From: Candidatus Brockarchaeota archaeon
GTDB taxonomy: Archaea > Thermoproteota > EX4484-205 > JAAOZP01
Assembly (NCBI GenBank): GCA_017601245.1
Contig: JAFNJB010000056.1
Coordinates: 4,002 to 68,001, forward strand
Direction of reading: 5' to 3'
Length of the DNA: 64,000 bases
Each line of letters opens with the position of its first letter. Positions within the stretch are counted from its first letter, which is position 1. The notes under the pieces were generated by a model. The model made no database searches and was not told the origin of the DNA. It was given only the letters and a program-made list of their open reading frames with translations. A program made the translations under genes and the position numbers. This document shows, piece by piece, positions 19,257 through 28,532 of this stretch.

Positions 19257-19693
19257 ACCTTTGCTTCAAGAACCTTGAGATCTGGCAGTGGCACTTTCTT
19301 CCTAGCGTAATATCTGGCAAGCCTCCTTATCTTAGATTCCACGAGCTGCAGGTTATGGACGTTGAAACGGTCAGATTTATGTTTAGATAAATGGGCAACC
19401 ATTCTCTCAGCCTTTGCAATAAGCCTGTCAAGGTCCTCCGTCCTAGAGAATTTCACGCCCCTTTCCAGAAGTATCTTAGATATCTTCTTGCCTGTAATAC
19501 TCTTTACAAGTGGTATTCCATAGGAGTCTCTAAGTATCCGGCCTATCTCAGAGGGCCCGTGTCCTTCTTGGGCTAGCTTGACGACTAGTTCTTCAACCTC
19601 CTCAGGCTTGTAAGGCAACCATGGAGGGGGCCCGCTGTAAGCCGGCCTGTGAGAGCCCGACTTCCCCTTTTTATGACTATGCATCCTTGCCAA
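19253..19693 (-). CDS. rps15: 30S ribosomal protein S15 (S13e)
   Basis: MARMHSHKKGKSGS...KIRRLARYYARK signature. Confidence 0.85.
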   Translation of the reverse strand: MARMHSHKKGKSGSHRPAYSGPPPWLPYKPEEVEELVVKLAQEGHGPSEIGRILRDSYGIPLVKSITGKKISKILLERGVKFSRTEDLDRLIAKAERMVAHLSKHKSDRFNVHNLQLVESKIRRLARYYARKKVPLPDLKVLEAKV

Positions 19694-19829
19694 CTCTAAA
19701 CCCGGTCACAAGATTGAGACCCCCTATTTAAGCCTTGAAAACGCTGGCATTGGAGAACCTAGCTTACACTTTATTAAAAACCCTCATTATGCCGCTTCCA
19801 GAAGGGGATTATTACTCTTCCTCCCATTC

Positions 19830-20396
19830 CTACTTGCCTACATGTTCTAGAAACCATGATGCAAACTCTCTCAGGGCTTTAGCCCTATGAGAGAAAAGAT
19901 TTTTCTCTTCAATACTCATTTCCGCAAAAGTAAGGTTTGAGCCGAGGGGTATGAAGATCGGATCATAACCAAATCCACCCGCTCCTCTTTTCTCAACCGC
20001 TATTTCTCCGTCGATTCTACCCGTGAATATTTTGATTTCTCCATTGGGCTCGCCGTATGCTAATGCAGTCATGAAGTATGCCGACCTGTCTCTTACGTCA
20101 GATAGCAATTTCAAAATACCTTCGCAACCTATTTTCTCATATACGTAAGAAGAGTAGACTCCTGGAAAACCGTTTAAAGCCTTTATGAATAATCCGGAAT
20201 CCTCGATAATAAAACTTTTCTCCAACATTTTCAACGCTTCCTTAGCGCATTTTTCTACAACTTCCTCTAGAGTTTCCGCTTGCGGCTCTACAATATCCAA
20301 GTCGGCCTGTTCAACCATTATGCCGAAGCCCTGGAGCAGACGTTGGGCTTCGAGGAACTTCCCCCTGTTACCGGTTATGAAGAGTATTGTATGCAT
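19830..20396 (-). CDS. Non-canonical purine NTP pyrophosphatase (Ham1/RdgB ITPase)
   Basis: ILFITGNRGKFLEA...FGYDPIF...EKNLFSHRAKAL. Confidence 0.85.
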   Translation of the reverse strand: MHTILFITGNRGKFLEAQRLLQGFGIMVEQADLDIVEPQAETLEEVVEKCAKEALKMLEKSFIIEDSGLFIKALNGFPGVYSSYVYEKIGCEGILKLLSDVRDRSAYFMTALAYGEPNGEIKIFTGRIDGEIAVEKRGAGGFGYDPIFIPLGSNLTFAEMSIEEKNLFSHRAKALREFASWFLEHVGK

Positions 20397-20461
20397 CGTT
20401 CGAAACCGGTTTGGGGAGTATTAAAACCTTAAAACTGCTAGATAGACGAATAGGCGGGTAA

Positions 20462-21667
20462 ATGGATGTTGAAGGCGAAGCCCTGGTATGCATAGACTGT
20501 GGTAGAGTGCATAAGCCGGGTCCGGGTGTATTGGTTTGCGAGAAGTGTAATGGCCTGCTTGAAGTATCCTATCCTAAAAGTGTTTTCGGGAATGTTTCAT
20601 TCAATGGGACGGGGGTTTGGAGGTATAGTAGCCTACTGCCTAAGGTAGATAGGATTATCACCTTGAACGAGGGTAATACCCCTCTCGTTAAGGCTGAGAA
20701 CCTGGGTAGGAAAATAGGCTTAAGAAACCTGTATGTCAAGTTTGAAGGAGCTAATCCAACAGGCTCTTTCAAAGACAGAGGCATGACTGTGGGAGTAAGC
20801 ATTGCTTTAAAATTCGGCCAAAAGAGCGTTGCATGCGCTTCAACGGGCAACACTTCCGCTTCCATGGCTGCTTATGCTGCGAGAGCAGGGTTGAAGAGCT
20901 TCGTATTCCTCCCGGACGGTTACGTTGCTGCCGGCAAGCTCCTCCAGGCAATAGCGCACGGAGCGACAATAGTTAAGGTGAGGGGAAATTTCGATGATGC
21001 CTTAAGAATCCTACTCTCACACTCTGCGGAATTGGGAGTATACGTCCTCAACTCAGTAAACCCATATAGGATAGAGGGTCAGAAGACTACTGCTTTCGAG
21101 ATATGGGAGGGGTTGGGAAAGACTCCCGAGTTTGTAGTATACCCCGTTGGAAACGCCGCTAATATTTCCTCTGGCTGGAAGGGTTTTATCGAGCTTAAGG
21201 AAGCAGGACTCGCAAATTCCCTCCCTAAGATGGTTGGTGTTCAAGCCGAAGGAGCTGCTCCAATAGTTAAGGCTTTCTTAGAGGGTAGGGGTGAGATAGA
21301 ACCTGTTGAGAAACCCGAGACCGTTGCGACGGCTATAAGGATAGGAAGGCCATTGTCCTGGAAAAAAGCACTGAGGGCAATAAGGGATTCGAAAGGAACC
21401 GCGGTGACTGTGAGCGATGAGGAGATACTCAGAGCCCAAGTCGAATTGGCGAGGACAGAGGGGATTTTTGCAGAGCCCGCTGGGGCAGCATCCATAGCCG
21501 GAGTATTAAAGCTGTCTAGAGAAGGATATTTCAAAGGCGATGACACTGTTGTTGCTGTGGTTACTGGACACGGTTTGAAAGACCCGGAGGTCAAGATAAT
21601 GCCGTATGCCGAGCTAGTGATACAGCCGGATGAAAATCCTGTGGAAGCGTTGAGGAAACTATTATGA
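20462..21667 (+). CDS. thrC: Threonine synthase (N-terminal zinc ribbon)
   Basis: PLP-site SFKDRGM, N-terminal CxxC...CxxC. 401 aa. Confidence 0.85.
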   Translation: MDVEGEALVCIDCGRVHKPGPGVLVCEKCNGLLEVSYPKSVFGNVSFNGTGVWRYSSLLPKVDRIITLNEGNTPLVKAENLGRKIGLRNLYVKFEGANPTGSFKDRGMTVGVSIALKFGQKSVACASTGNTSASMAAYAARAGLKSFVFLPDGYVAAGKLLQAIAHGATIVKVRGNFDDALRILLSHSAELGVYVLNSVNPYRIEGQKTTAFEIWEGLGKTPEFVVYPVGNAANISSGWKGFIELKEAGLANSLPKMVGVQAEGAAPIVKAFLEGRGEIEPVEKPETVATAIRIGRPLSWKKALRAIRDSKGTAVTVSDEEILRAQVELARTEGIFAEPAGAASIAGVLKLSREGYFKGDDTVVAVVTGHGLKDPEVKIMPYAELVIQPDENPVEALRKLL

Positions 21668-22674
21668 GGATACTTCTCATAGGCTTTGGAAACGTCGGCA
21701 GGGCTTTCCTACAGCTCTTAGAAGAGGAGAGGCGCAGATTCAGGAAGATCGGTGTCGACCCCAAGGTTGTTGGTGTAGTAGACAGGGGCGGTGCAGCAAT
21801 ATTCAAAGAAGGTGTTAAAACCAGTAGAATACTGGAGGTCAAGGCTGAGAAGGGTAGCGTAGCATATTCTGAAGAAGGAGGCTTCCCCCAGATGGATGCT
21901 CTAGAGGCAATTAGCATCGTTCAACCAGATTTAACGATTGAAGCAACATCTACGAGTAGAGGGGGATCCGGGCCTGCCTTGAAACATATTGTCAAAGCCC
22001 TTGAGAACGGTTCGCATGTCGTCTCAGCCAATAAGGCTCCCTTCGCATACGATTACGACACTGTTATGAGGGTAGCGCTATCCAGAGGCAGGCTTGTAAA
22101 ATACAGTGCTACAGTCGGAGGGGGGCTTCCCGTTTTGAAAACGCTCAGGACGCTTACGATCGGCGATGTTGTAGAGAGTTGTAGAGGAGTCTTGAATGCA
22201 ACCTCTAATTATATACTAACATTGATGGAGGAGGGCCGGAGTTATAGTGAAGCTTTGAAACTGGCGCAGGAAATAGGTATTGCCGAAACAGACCCGACTA
22301 TGGACGTTTCAGGAATGGATACTGCCTACAAGATAACTATAATAGCCAATACGATAGAGGGGGGACATAGTGTAAACGAGGTTGAAATAACCGGTATTGA
22401 AAACATCAGATTTGAAGACTTGCGAGAAGCCGCTTCAAGCGGGTATTCAATAAGGCTTCTGGGAGAGTTTACTGAAGAGGGTAAGCTTAGAGTAGGGCCT
22501 TCAAAGCTTAAGAGGGGGAGTACGCTCGATGTAAGCGGGACGCTGAACGCGGTGGAGTTCAAGATGAGGAGAGCTGGACCAGTATGCTTAACCGGAAAGG
22601 GCGCTGGACCCTTTGAAACCGCTGCAGCAATAATAAGAGACATATTCGAAATAGTGGAGGAGGCTATGCGTTGA
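21664..22674 (+). CDS. hom: Homoserine dehydrogenase
   Basis: ILLIGFGNVGRAF Rossmann N-terminus. Operon context with thrC. Confidence 0.8.
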   Translation: MRILLIGFGNVGRAFLQLLEEERRRFRKIGVDPKVVGVVDRGGAAIFKEGVKTSRILEVKAEKGSVAYSEEGGFPQMDALEAISIVQPDLTIEATSTSRGGSGPALKHIVKALENGSHVVSANKAPFAYDYDTVMRVALSRGRLVKYSATVGGGLPVLKTLRTLTIGDVVESCRGVLNATSNYILTLMEEGRSYSEALKLAQEIGIAETDPTMDVSGMDTAYKITIIANTIEGGHSVNEVEITGIENIRFEDLREAASSGYSIRLLGEFTEEGKLRVGPSKLKRGSTLDVSGTLNAVEFKMRRAGPVCLTGKGAGPFETAAAIIRDIFEIVEEAMR

Positions 22675-24026
22675 AAATAGTCAGTTTAAACCTTGAGAAT
22701 ACCGGTCTTGAAATAAAAGACCTTTGCAAGAAGCTTGTTGAAGAAGCTGATGAAGAGCTTATTTTAATCGTAGAGCCACGTGAAGATGCTGTTAAAATAT
22801 TGTCCGATGCAGCATTGTCCCGAATAAGTGAAGAAGAAGCCATTGAGAAACTGGCGGCTGAATTAAACAATCTTTCAAGAGGAATCGCGGAAGAAAATAA
22901 AAGAATTGTTGAAGCAGAAATCGTAGAGAGCCTTAATAAAATATCAGAGTACTTACGTGCTGAGAAGAAAGCTGGCGGGGCAACGCCTAAGGGCATATCA
23001 CTAATGTTAAACACTTTATGCAATACGATTACAATAATTGTTTCAAACCATTTTAAGTCCCTTGGGAAGGATGCTAAGTGGCTTACCGCGGGGCAGGCAG
23101 GATTCACGCTAATTGAAGACTATGAGCTCCCGTGGAGCCATTACGTAAGCCTCAGCAAGCCTGAGGAATTGAGAAAAGCCTTAACTGGAATACTCGTTTT
23201 ATCCGGTAGGGTCTGCTTCGACAAACAGGGTAATGAGACAAACCTTAGGAAAGGGATGGGCAGCGTCATCGCAATACTAGTAGCCAACGAAATCGGGGTA
23301 AAGGAGGTTTACGTGCCTAAGGCGAATGGCGGGGTCTACACCGCCGATCCGAACATTGTGGAGAATGCGAGAGTAATACCGAGCCTGTCGTATGCTGAAG
23401 CCCTTGAGCTCTCTAGGCTTGGAGAATGGTTTGTAAGCCCGCAAGCTGTTGAACTTGCTGAAGAGCTTGGAGTGAGAATACTCGTTACGAATATTAAGAG
23501 CCCCTTCAAGGAGTCTACAATAATAGGTTTTGAGAAAGCTGTTGAAAAACAGATAGTTAAGGCTGTAGCAATGATACCTGACATGAGCATCTTAACTGTT
23601 GAAGGCGCTGCCATGGCCGGTACGCCTGGAGTAGCATCGGCAATACTCGGAGAAGTTGCTAAAAGAGGAGTAAGCATATGTATGATAAGCCAAGATGCTT
23701 CAGAAGTAGGAATAACACTCGTAGTCAGAGATGCCGACTTAGAAAGGGCTTTGAAGGGGTTAAGAGAAGGGTTCAGCAGGGAGAGGATTGTTAAGAGAAT
23801 AAGGATTCAGAGAAACGTGGCAGTAATCTCAGCAGTCGGAGAAGGAATGAGAGGGACCAGAGGCGTAGCGGCGAGGATATTCTCAGCCGTTGCTGAAGCA
23901 GGCGTTAACGTCTTGGCAATAGCCCAGGGCTCCTCAGAGACAAGCATATCCTTCGTAGTACTAATGGAAGATGCTAAGAAGGCTGTTAAAGCGGTTCACG
24001 ACAAGGTTATCCTAGGTATCCAATAA
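22671..24026 (+). CDS. Aspartokinase-like paralog with two C-terminal ACT domains but degenerate catalytic motifs
   Basis: VYTADPNIV and tandem ACT domains are conserved. KFGG is replaced by SLNLEN and LGRGGSD by LRKGMGS. Confidence 0.6.
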   Translation: MKIVSLNLENTGLEIKDLCKKLVEEADEELILIVEPREDAVKILSDAALSRISEEEAIEKLAAELNNLSRGIAEENKRIVEAEIVESLNKISEYLRAEKKAGGATPKGISLMLNTLCNTITIIVSNHFKSLGKDAKWLTAGQAGFTLIEDYELPWSHYVSLSKPEELRKALTGILVLSGRVCFDKQGNETNLRKGMGSVIAILVANEIGVKEVYVPKANGGVYTADPNIVENARVIPSLSYAEALELSRLGEWFVSPQAVELAEELGVRILVTNIKSPFKESTIIGFEKAVEKQIVKAVAMIPDMSILTVEGAAMAGTPGVASAILGEVAKRGVSICMISQDASEVGITLVVRDADLERALKGLREGFSRERIVKRIRIQRNVAVISAVGEGMRGTRGVAARIFSAVAEAGVNVLAIAQGSSETSISFVVLMEDAKKAVKAVHDKVILGIQ

Positions 24027-24411
24027 GACTAAGACTAAGTATTGTCGGAATCCTTCGATTTTATTCATCAAACTCGAATAAGTATAATGTATCGATGGGT
24101 TCTGACACTTCAATATCTTATTTTAAACTCATTGAGAGAACCAAAGAAATACGTTAATGCATTGCTAACTTAGGTCTTTTAAAAGAGTAAACAGATTCAG
24201 AAGCAAGGAAAAGCATTGTCGAATAAAATAGATGGAGACCTTAAACCTAAGGATTGGACTATTGAGCCTGCTGTTCAAATATCTTTAAAGAACTACATCA
24301 ACTGGATCATTGCAAACATCAAAGCATTATTCTAAAAACCGTAATTCCTATTTTTTGTATTTTTATAATTCAATTAAAGCTAAGGGTGAGCTAGAAGTAA
24401 AAAATCTTTAT

Positions 24412-24705
24412 ATGAGAATTGGTGATATTCTATCTTCCATGGTGACCGGTGGGGAGATATATGATACTGCTGGTGGACCCACTAGGGTTTACAGAATACC
24501 CTCCTGTGCTGAAGTAAGCGTTTTGACCGAAGAAGGAGAGAGAGGAAGAGTTTTGTCAGACGTAGTAATATCACATATCGAGGTCGAGGCCCTTATTAGC
24601 GATAAACTAGCAGAAGAGTTAATGCTGTCGATAGAGAAACCAGGGGAGGGATTATGGAGGTTTAGAGGAGAGAAAATCAATTACGGCCTCTGTCTCAACG
24701 CCTAA
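24412..24705 (+). CDS. Hypothetical protein (97 aa from internal ATG; the track ORF starts in AT-rich upstream DNA)
   Basis: Open frame with protein-like composition. No recognised family. Confidence 0.3.
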   Translation: MRIGDILSSMVTGGEIYDTAGGPTRVYRIPSCAEVSVLTEEGERGRVLSDVVISHIEVEALISDKLAEELMLSIEKPGEGLWRFRGEKINYGLCLNA

Positions 24706-25351
24706 GCTCTTTCTCCACGTATCTCCCCCTCTTACTGATCTCTTTAACCCTCTCCTCGATTTTGATAGCGGATTCCCCGGTTGAGGATCTGTAACCCTCT
24801 AGGAAAAGCTTTACAAGAGTATCGTAGTTTGAGAGCGGTGCTAGGCTTGATATCAATGTGTATATGTCTTCGGCTTTTTTCTCAACTTCGTTAGAATACT
24901 CCCCCAGACCGAAGTCTATTAGGATAAGCCTATCATCAGATAAGATCACGTTTGCTGGAGTCAAGTCTCCGTGTACTATGCCGGCTGAATGAAGCCTTCC
25001 CACGATTATTCCGAGCCTATTTATGAGATTGGGGAAGATGCTTGAGTATTGCAGTCTCCTAAGGCTCTCGCCCTCGACATAGCTCATTATTATCCATCCC
25101 TCAACCGGGTTCACATGGTATATGAAGGGCGTTTCAACACCAGCCTTCTTAGCTGAGTTTAGGAGGGAGGCCTCCCTAAGCGTTCTAGACTTTCTTATAG
25201 AATCATCTAGTTCTCTGACCCTATACCCCTTCCTAATCCTCGTCTTAACTACTACCCTAGTACCCATCCATTCGCAGAGGTCTACGATTGCCTCAGCACC
25301 CTGATAGAGGTTTCTAATTCTCGTACAGCCTTGCGGGAGGGGGTTTAACAT
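24695..25351 (-). CDS. bud32: KEOPS Bud32/PRPK atypical protein kinase
   Basis: Kinase subdomains HGDLTPANVIL and IDFG. Directly downstream of kae1. Confidence 0.8.
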   Translation of the reverse strand: MLNPLPQGCTRIRNLYQGAEAIVDLCEWMGTRVVVKTRIRKGYRVRELDDSIRKSRTLREASLLNSAKKAGVETPFIYHVNPVEGWIIMSYVEGESLRRLQYSSIFPNLINRLGIIVGRLHSAGIVHGDLTPANVILSDDRLILIDFGLGEYSNEVEKKAEDIYTLISSLAPLSNYDTLVKLFLEGYRSSTGESAIKIEERVKEISKRGRYVEKELRR

Positions 25352-26315
25352 CCGTTATCCTCCACCTCGGCTTAACAATAGAATCTTCTATGCTCAGTCT
25401 TTCACCAAGCAGGTATTGCACCACTCCTTCCCAAGCTATCATAACGCCGTTGTCAGCATAATACTCCGGAGGATAGTCTTTGAAGACAGCATTCCGCTCT
25501 CTACACATTTCACCAGCCATTTGCCTCAGTCTCATATTTGCACCGACTCCCCCCGCTATAATGAATTCGTTAACGCCCAGCATCGCCATAGCCCTTTCCG
25601 AGACTTCTATCAACATGGAGAAAGCAGTCTCCTGCAATGAGAAGCAGAGATCTTCAACAGATTCCCTGCCTATGAGCCTTTCAAGCATTGTCAACATTCC
25701 CGAGAAAGAAACGTTCATGCCCTTTATGCTGTAGGGTAGTTTCACTAGCCTGTTGGATTTTGAAGCGAGTTCCATTACCCTTGGTCCACCTGGAAAGCCC
25801 AATCCCGCTTTCCTGGCGAAAACATCGATGAGATTCCCCACTGCAATATCCTCGGTTTCTCCTAGAATCACGTACTTATCACCAGATACATGCAATACTT
25901 GCGTATTACCACCTGAAACATATAGTATAACGGGGTTGATTGCCTTTGTCAACACCCTGGCTATGTTTATGTGAGATGCTGCATGGTTAACGCCGACTAG
26001 TGGTTTCTCAAGCTTCAAGGAGAGCATCCTCGCCAGCGCTGCACCCACTCTAAGACACGGCCCCAATCCAGGGCCTCTCGCAAAAGCCACTATGTCGATC
26101 TTCCTAAAGTCGACCCTAGAAGCTGCTTCCCGAAGAGCATCGACTGCTTTCTCCATATGGTGCTTAGCGGCTTCGCTTGGATGTATCCCGCCTGAGACAG
26201 GCCTGTATACTCTCCTAACGTCGCACAGTATTTGGAAGGGAGGGTATTTGACAATACCTATTCCAAAGGTATGGGCAGTTGACTCTATGCCAACGCATGT
26301 CAATTGCTCACCCAC
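25314..26315 (-). CDS. kae1: tRNA N6-adenosine threonylcarbamoyltransferase Kae1 (KEOPS)
   Basis: GIESTAHTFGIGIV...HHMEKA, ASKH/HSP70-like fold pattern. 333 aa. Confidence 0.85.
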   Translation of the reverse strand: MGEQLTCVGIESTAHTFGIGIVKYPPFQILCDVRRVYRPVSGGIHPSEAAKHHMEKAVDALREAASRVDFRKIDIVAFARGPGLGPCLRVGAALARMLSLKLEKPLVGVNHAASHINIARVLTKAINPVILYVSGGNTQVLHVSGDKYVILGETEDIAVGNLIDVFARKAGLGFPGGPRVMELASKSNRLVKLPYSIKGMNVSFSGMLTMLERLIGRESVEDLCFSLQETAFSMLIEVSERAMAMLGVNEFIIAGGVGANMRLRQMAGEMCRERNAVFKDYPPEYYADNGVMIAWEGVVQYLLGERLSIEDSIVKPRWRITDVKPPPARLYEN

Positions 26316-26322
26316 AGAGGAT

Positions 26323-26490
26323 TCACCTTACAAATTCTGTGTAATTGCAAGAGCCACAATGCCACCTTGGCTTAACCTCCTTGTGAAAAGCCATTATCTT
26401 GCCGCATCTCGGACACTTCCTATTCTTCAGTTTTACAGTGCCCTTGCTGGCATCAACTTCGTAATACCTTATCAAGTCCAAGTCTTTCAT
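26323..26490 (-). CDS. rps27ae: 30S ribosomal protein S27ae (zinc ribbon)
   Basis: Own translation (under 60 aa, absent from track): [59 protein letters not shown] overlap with rps24e stop. Confidence 0.75.
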   Translation of the reverse strand: MKDLDLIRYYEVDASKGTVKLKNRKCPRCGKIMAFHKEVKPRWHCGSCNYTEFVR

Positions 26491-26846
26491 TTCTTACCAC
26501 CAACAGCCTTGGCTTTCATCTCCATCCTCTTCTTCTTAATCTCCTCTTTTGCCTTCTTCTTCTCTTCCGGAGGAAGATTCGCAACCTTGACGTGTGTCGG
26601 CTCTATTTTAGCGTATTCAGGAGAGTAGTAAACGTGTGCCTCGCCTCGCGAAGACTGTCTCCCGGCCATGCTTTTTAAGACTACTACGTATACAGAGTCT
26701 AGTGGAGCCCCTTTCATAGCTGAAATCATTTGCCTGACTTCGGCAATGCTTGGAGTAGGCTTCTCCGGATGCGGTACTTCGAACAGTATTTCCCTCCTCT
26801 TCAACAGGGGGTTGTCCGATTCCTTCACTATCCTTACCTCCACCAC
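26487..26846 (-). CDS. rps24e: 30S ribosomal protein S24e
   Basis: [13 protein letters not shown]...[18 protein letters not shown]. Confidence 0.85.
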   Translation of the reverse strand: MVEVRIVKESDNPLLKRREILFEVPHPEKPTPSIAEVRQMISAMKGAPLDSVYVVVLKSMAGRQSSRGEAHVYYSPEYAKIEPTHVKVANLPPEEKKKAKEEIKKKRMEMKAKAVGGKK

Positions 26847-26871
26847 GGACTCAAGGCGTTTACGTCAGGCT

Positions 26872-27375
26872 TTAAACATTACTAGTCATCGTCCCAAGTA
26901 TCTCTGAAACCATTTTACGAGAGGATTCGTCCACTCTTATGGCTACGACACCCTCCCCAGGCTGGCCGTATAAGACCAGGGATCCCTCTGGAGCAGACTG
27001 GACAGCGACAAGCGTTAGCAAGTCCTCCTCACCGTCGACAATAATCGTAGAGTTAGGTGATGAAACAGCCTCCTTTACCACATTCCAAGAGTCTTTGGAA
27101 ATTGTCCCAGGAGGATTCGTCAGTAAGAATATCCTACGTCCACTTTTCAAGCATTCAGCAACAATTATCGGTTTTCTCATCGTCTTACCGTCAACTATAC
27201 AGAGGCGTGGTTCAAAACCCATTTGAACAAGGCTCTCTGAAACTATATCTCCAACAGTTATCAAGGGTCCATTGAACCCTTTCAAGAAGCTTCTTATCTC
27301 AGATTCTCCTCTAAGCAGGATCCCCAAGGGCTTCTTAACTATTCTCCTGGTTTCTTCCGTTGCTTTTAAAGACAC
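26872..27375 (-). CDS. GTP-dependent dephospho-CoA kinase (DUF359 family)
   Basis: ITVGDIV...GEEDLLTLVAV...YGQPGEGVV. Conserved position beside rps24e. Confidence 0.6.
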   Translation of the reverse strand: MSLKATEETRRIVKKPLGILLRGESEIRSFLKGFNGPLITVGDIVSESLVQMGFEPRLCIVDGKTMRKPIIVAECLKSGRRIFLLTNPPGTISKDSWNVVKEAVSSPNSTIIVDGEEDLLTLVAVQSAPEGSLVLYGQPGEGVVAIRVDESSRKMVSEILGTMTSNV

Positions 27376-27560
27376 TACTTAAGCCTCACCGCATACCTCC
27401 CCGGAACCTTAGCCCCTATGAGCTTGGCTATGGAAGATGCCTCCGGGTTGAATATCAATACTTCCCCAACCCATTCCTGCGTGAACTCCTCGCTTCCGCA
27501 ATTCGGACACTTAGAAGATTCACTTATCAACCTACAGTTTAAACATGCTCGCAGTGGCAT
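27375..27560 (-). CDS. spt4: Transcription elongation factor Spt4 / RNAP subunit E''
   Basis: ACLNCRLI...CPNCGS...W.GEVLIFNPEASSIAK zinc ribbon. Confidence 0.8.
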   Translation of the reverse strand: MPLRACLNCRLISESSKCPNCGSEEFTQEWVGEVLIFNPEASSIAKLIGAKVPGRYAVRLK

Positions 27561-28114
27561 TAGGCCTTAGCCTCCTGCTTAGGCCTCTCGCCGGCAAGTT
27601 TCTTAATATCCTCTTCGATCCATTCAGGCTTCCCTAGGAAGGGTTGTCTAGCTGTCAGGCCTATCTTATCTGTCATTGCCCCCTTGCCTATCGAGACCGC
27701 TGCTATCCTCGCCCTAATCCAATCGTTCTTCTGCACTATACGCTTAGTCTGCCTTCCGATGAGAATCCCCTGAGAACTATTATAATCCATATAGTCGTCC
27801 GTTATCTGGGAGACGTGCATCAACGCATCCGTCGTCACCAGCCTGACGAAAACCCCGAATTCCTCAACTTCTACAACCCTACCTTCAACAACCTCGTTAA
27901 CCTCTGGACAGTAAGTCAACACCTTAGCCCTAACCCTGTGGTAACTATGCCCATCTCCGGGAGAGATTTGGCCTACGGGGTCGAAGGAATAGTCTACGAG
28001 TAGGATGATATAGCCAATTCCCTCCATAACCATGCCTTCATACCTGTCTTTCAAAACGCTTTTGAAAACCTCCCTAACAGGGTCACCTAACCTAGATGGC
28101 GGGATCTTAACCAC
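27560..28114 (-). CDS. rpoE: DNA-directed RNA polymerase subunit E' (Rpo7)
   Basis: N-terminal RNP-like domain plus S1 domain (GRVVEVEEFGVFVRL). Confidence 0.85.
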   Translation of the reverse strand: MVKIPPSRLGDPVREVFKSVLKDRYEGMVMEGIGYIILLVDYSFDPVGQISPGDGHSYHRVRAKVLTYCPEVNEVVEGRVVEVEEFGVFVRLVTTDALMHVSQITDDYMDYNSSQGILIGRQTKRIVQKNDWIRARIAAVSIGKGAMTDKIGLTARQPFLGKPEWIEEDIKKLAGERPKQEAKA

Positions 28115-28133
28115 GTCTTCAATCTCTATTATC

Positions 28134-28532
28134 TTAAATAATTCTCATCACCTCCCCGAATCCTGCTTCCATAATCCTACCCTCCCCCGCAGGGTAAAAA
28201 ACAGGTATTCCAAGAGCCCTAAGCCTCCTACGCAACACGCTGTCGGCTGTCGCAACAGCCGCTTTATAAGTTTTTGCGAGGAAAACCAGGGAATCGTCGC
28301 AATCCATCCCGGTTGGGGGAAGCACCCTAATGTCTTTAACGGTCTCTAACGCTAACCTAGCCATGCCAGCAACTTTATGCCTGCTCGCACTAAGTCTCCT
28401 AAGCTCAACGATTGTTTCAAAGGGCAGTAGCAGTTTCACATTGCCCCCGGTCAGTTCGAAAATCCCCCTCACGAAGTCAATACCCATTTCAAAGGGGGCG
28501 AGGAGAGCACTAGAATCCAGGAGGACAATCAA
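28134..28532 (-). CDS. PIN-domain protein (conserved neighbour of aIF2gamma)
   Basis: VLLDSSALLAP...D...D acidic PIN pattern, 132 aa. Confidence 0.55.
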   Translation of the reverse strand: MIVLLDSSALLAPFEMGIDFVRGIFELTGGNVKLLLPFETIVELRRLSASRHKVAGMARLALETVKDIRVLPPTGMDCDDSLVFLAKTYKAAVATADSVLRRRLRALGIPVFYPAGEGRIMEAGFGEVMRII

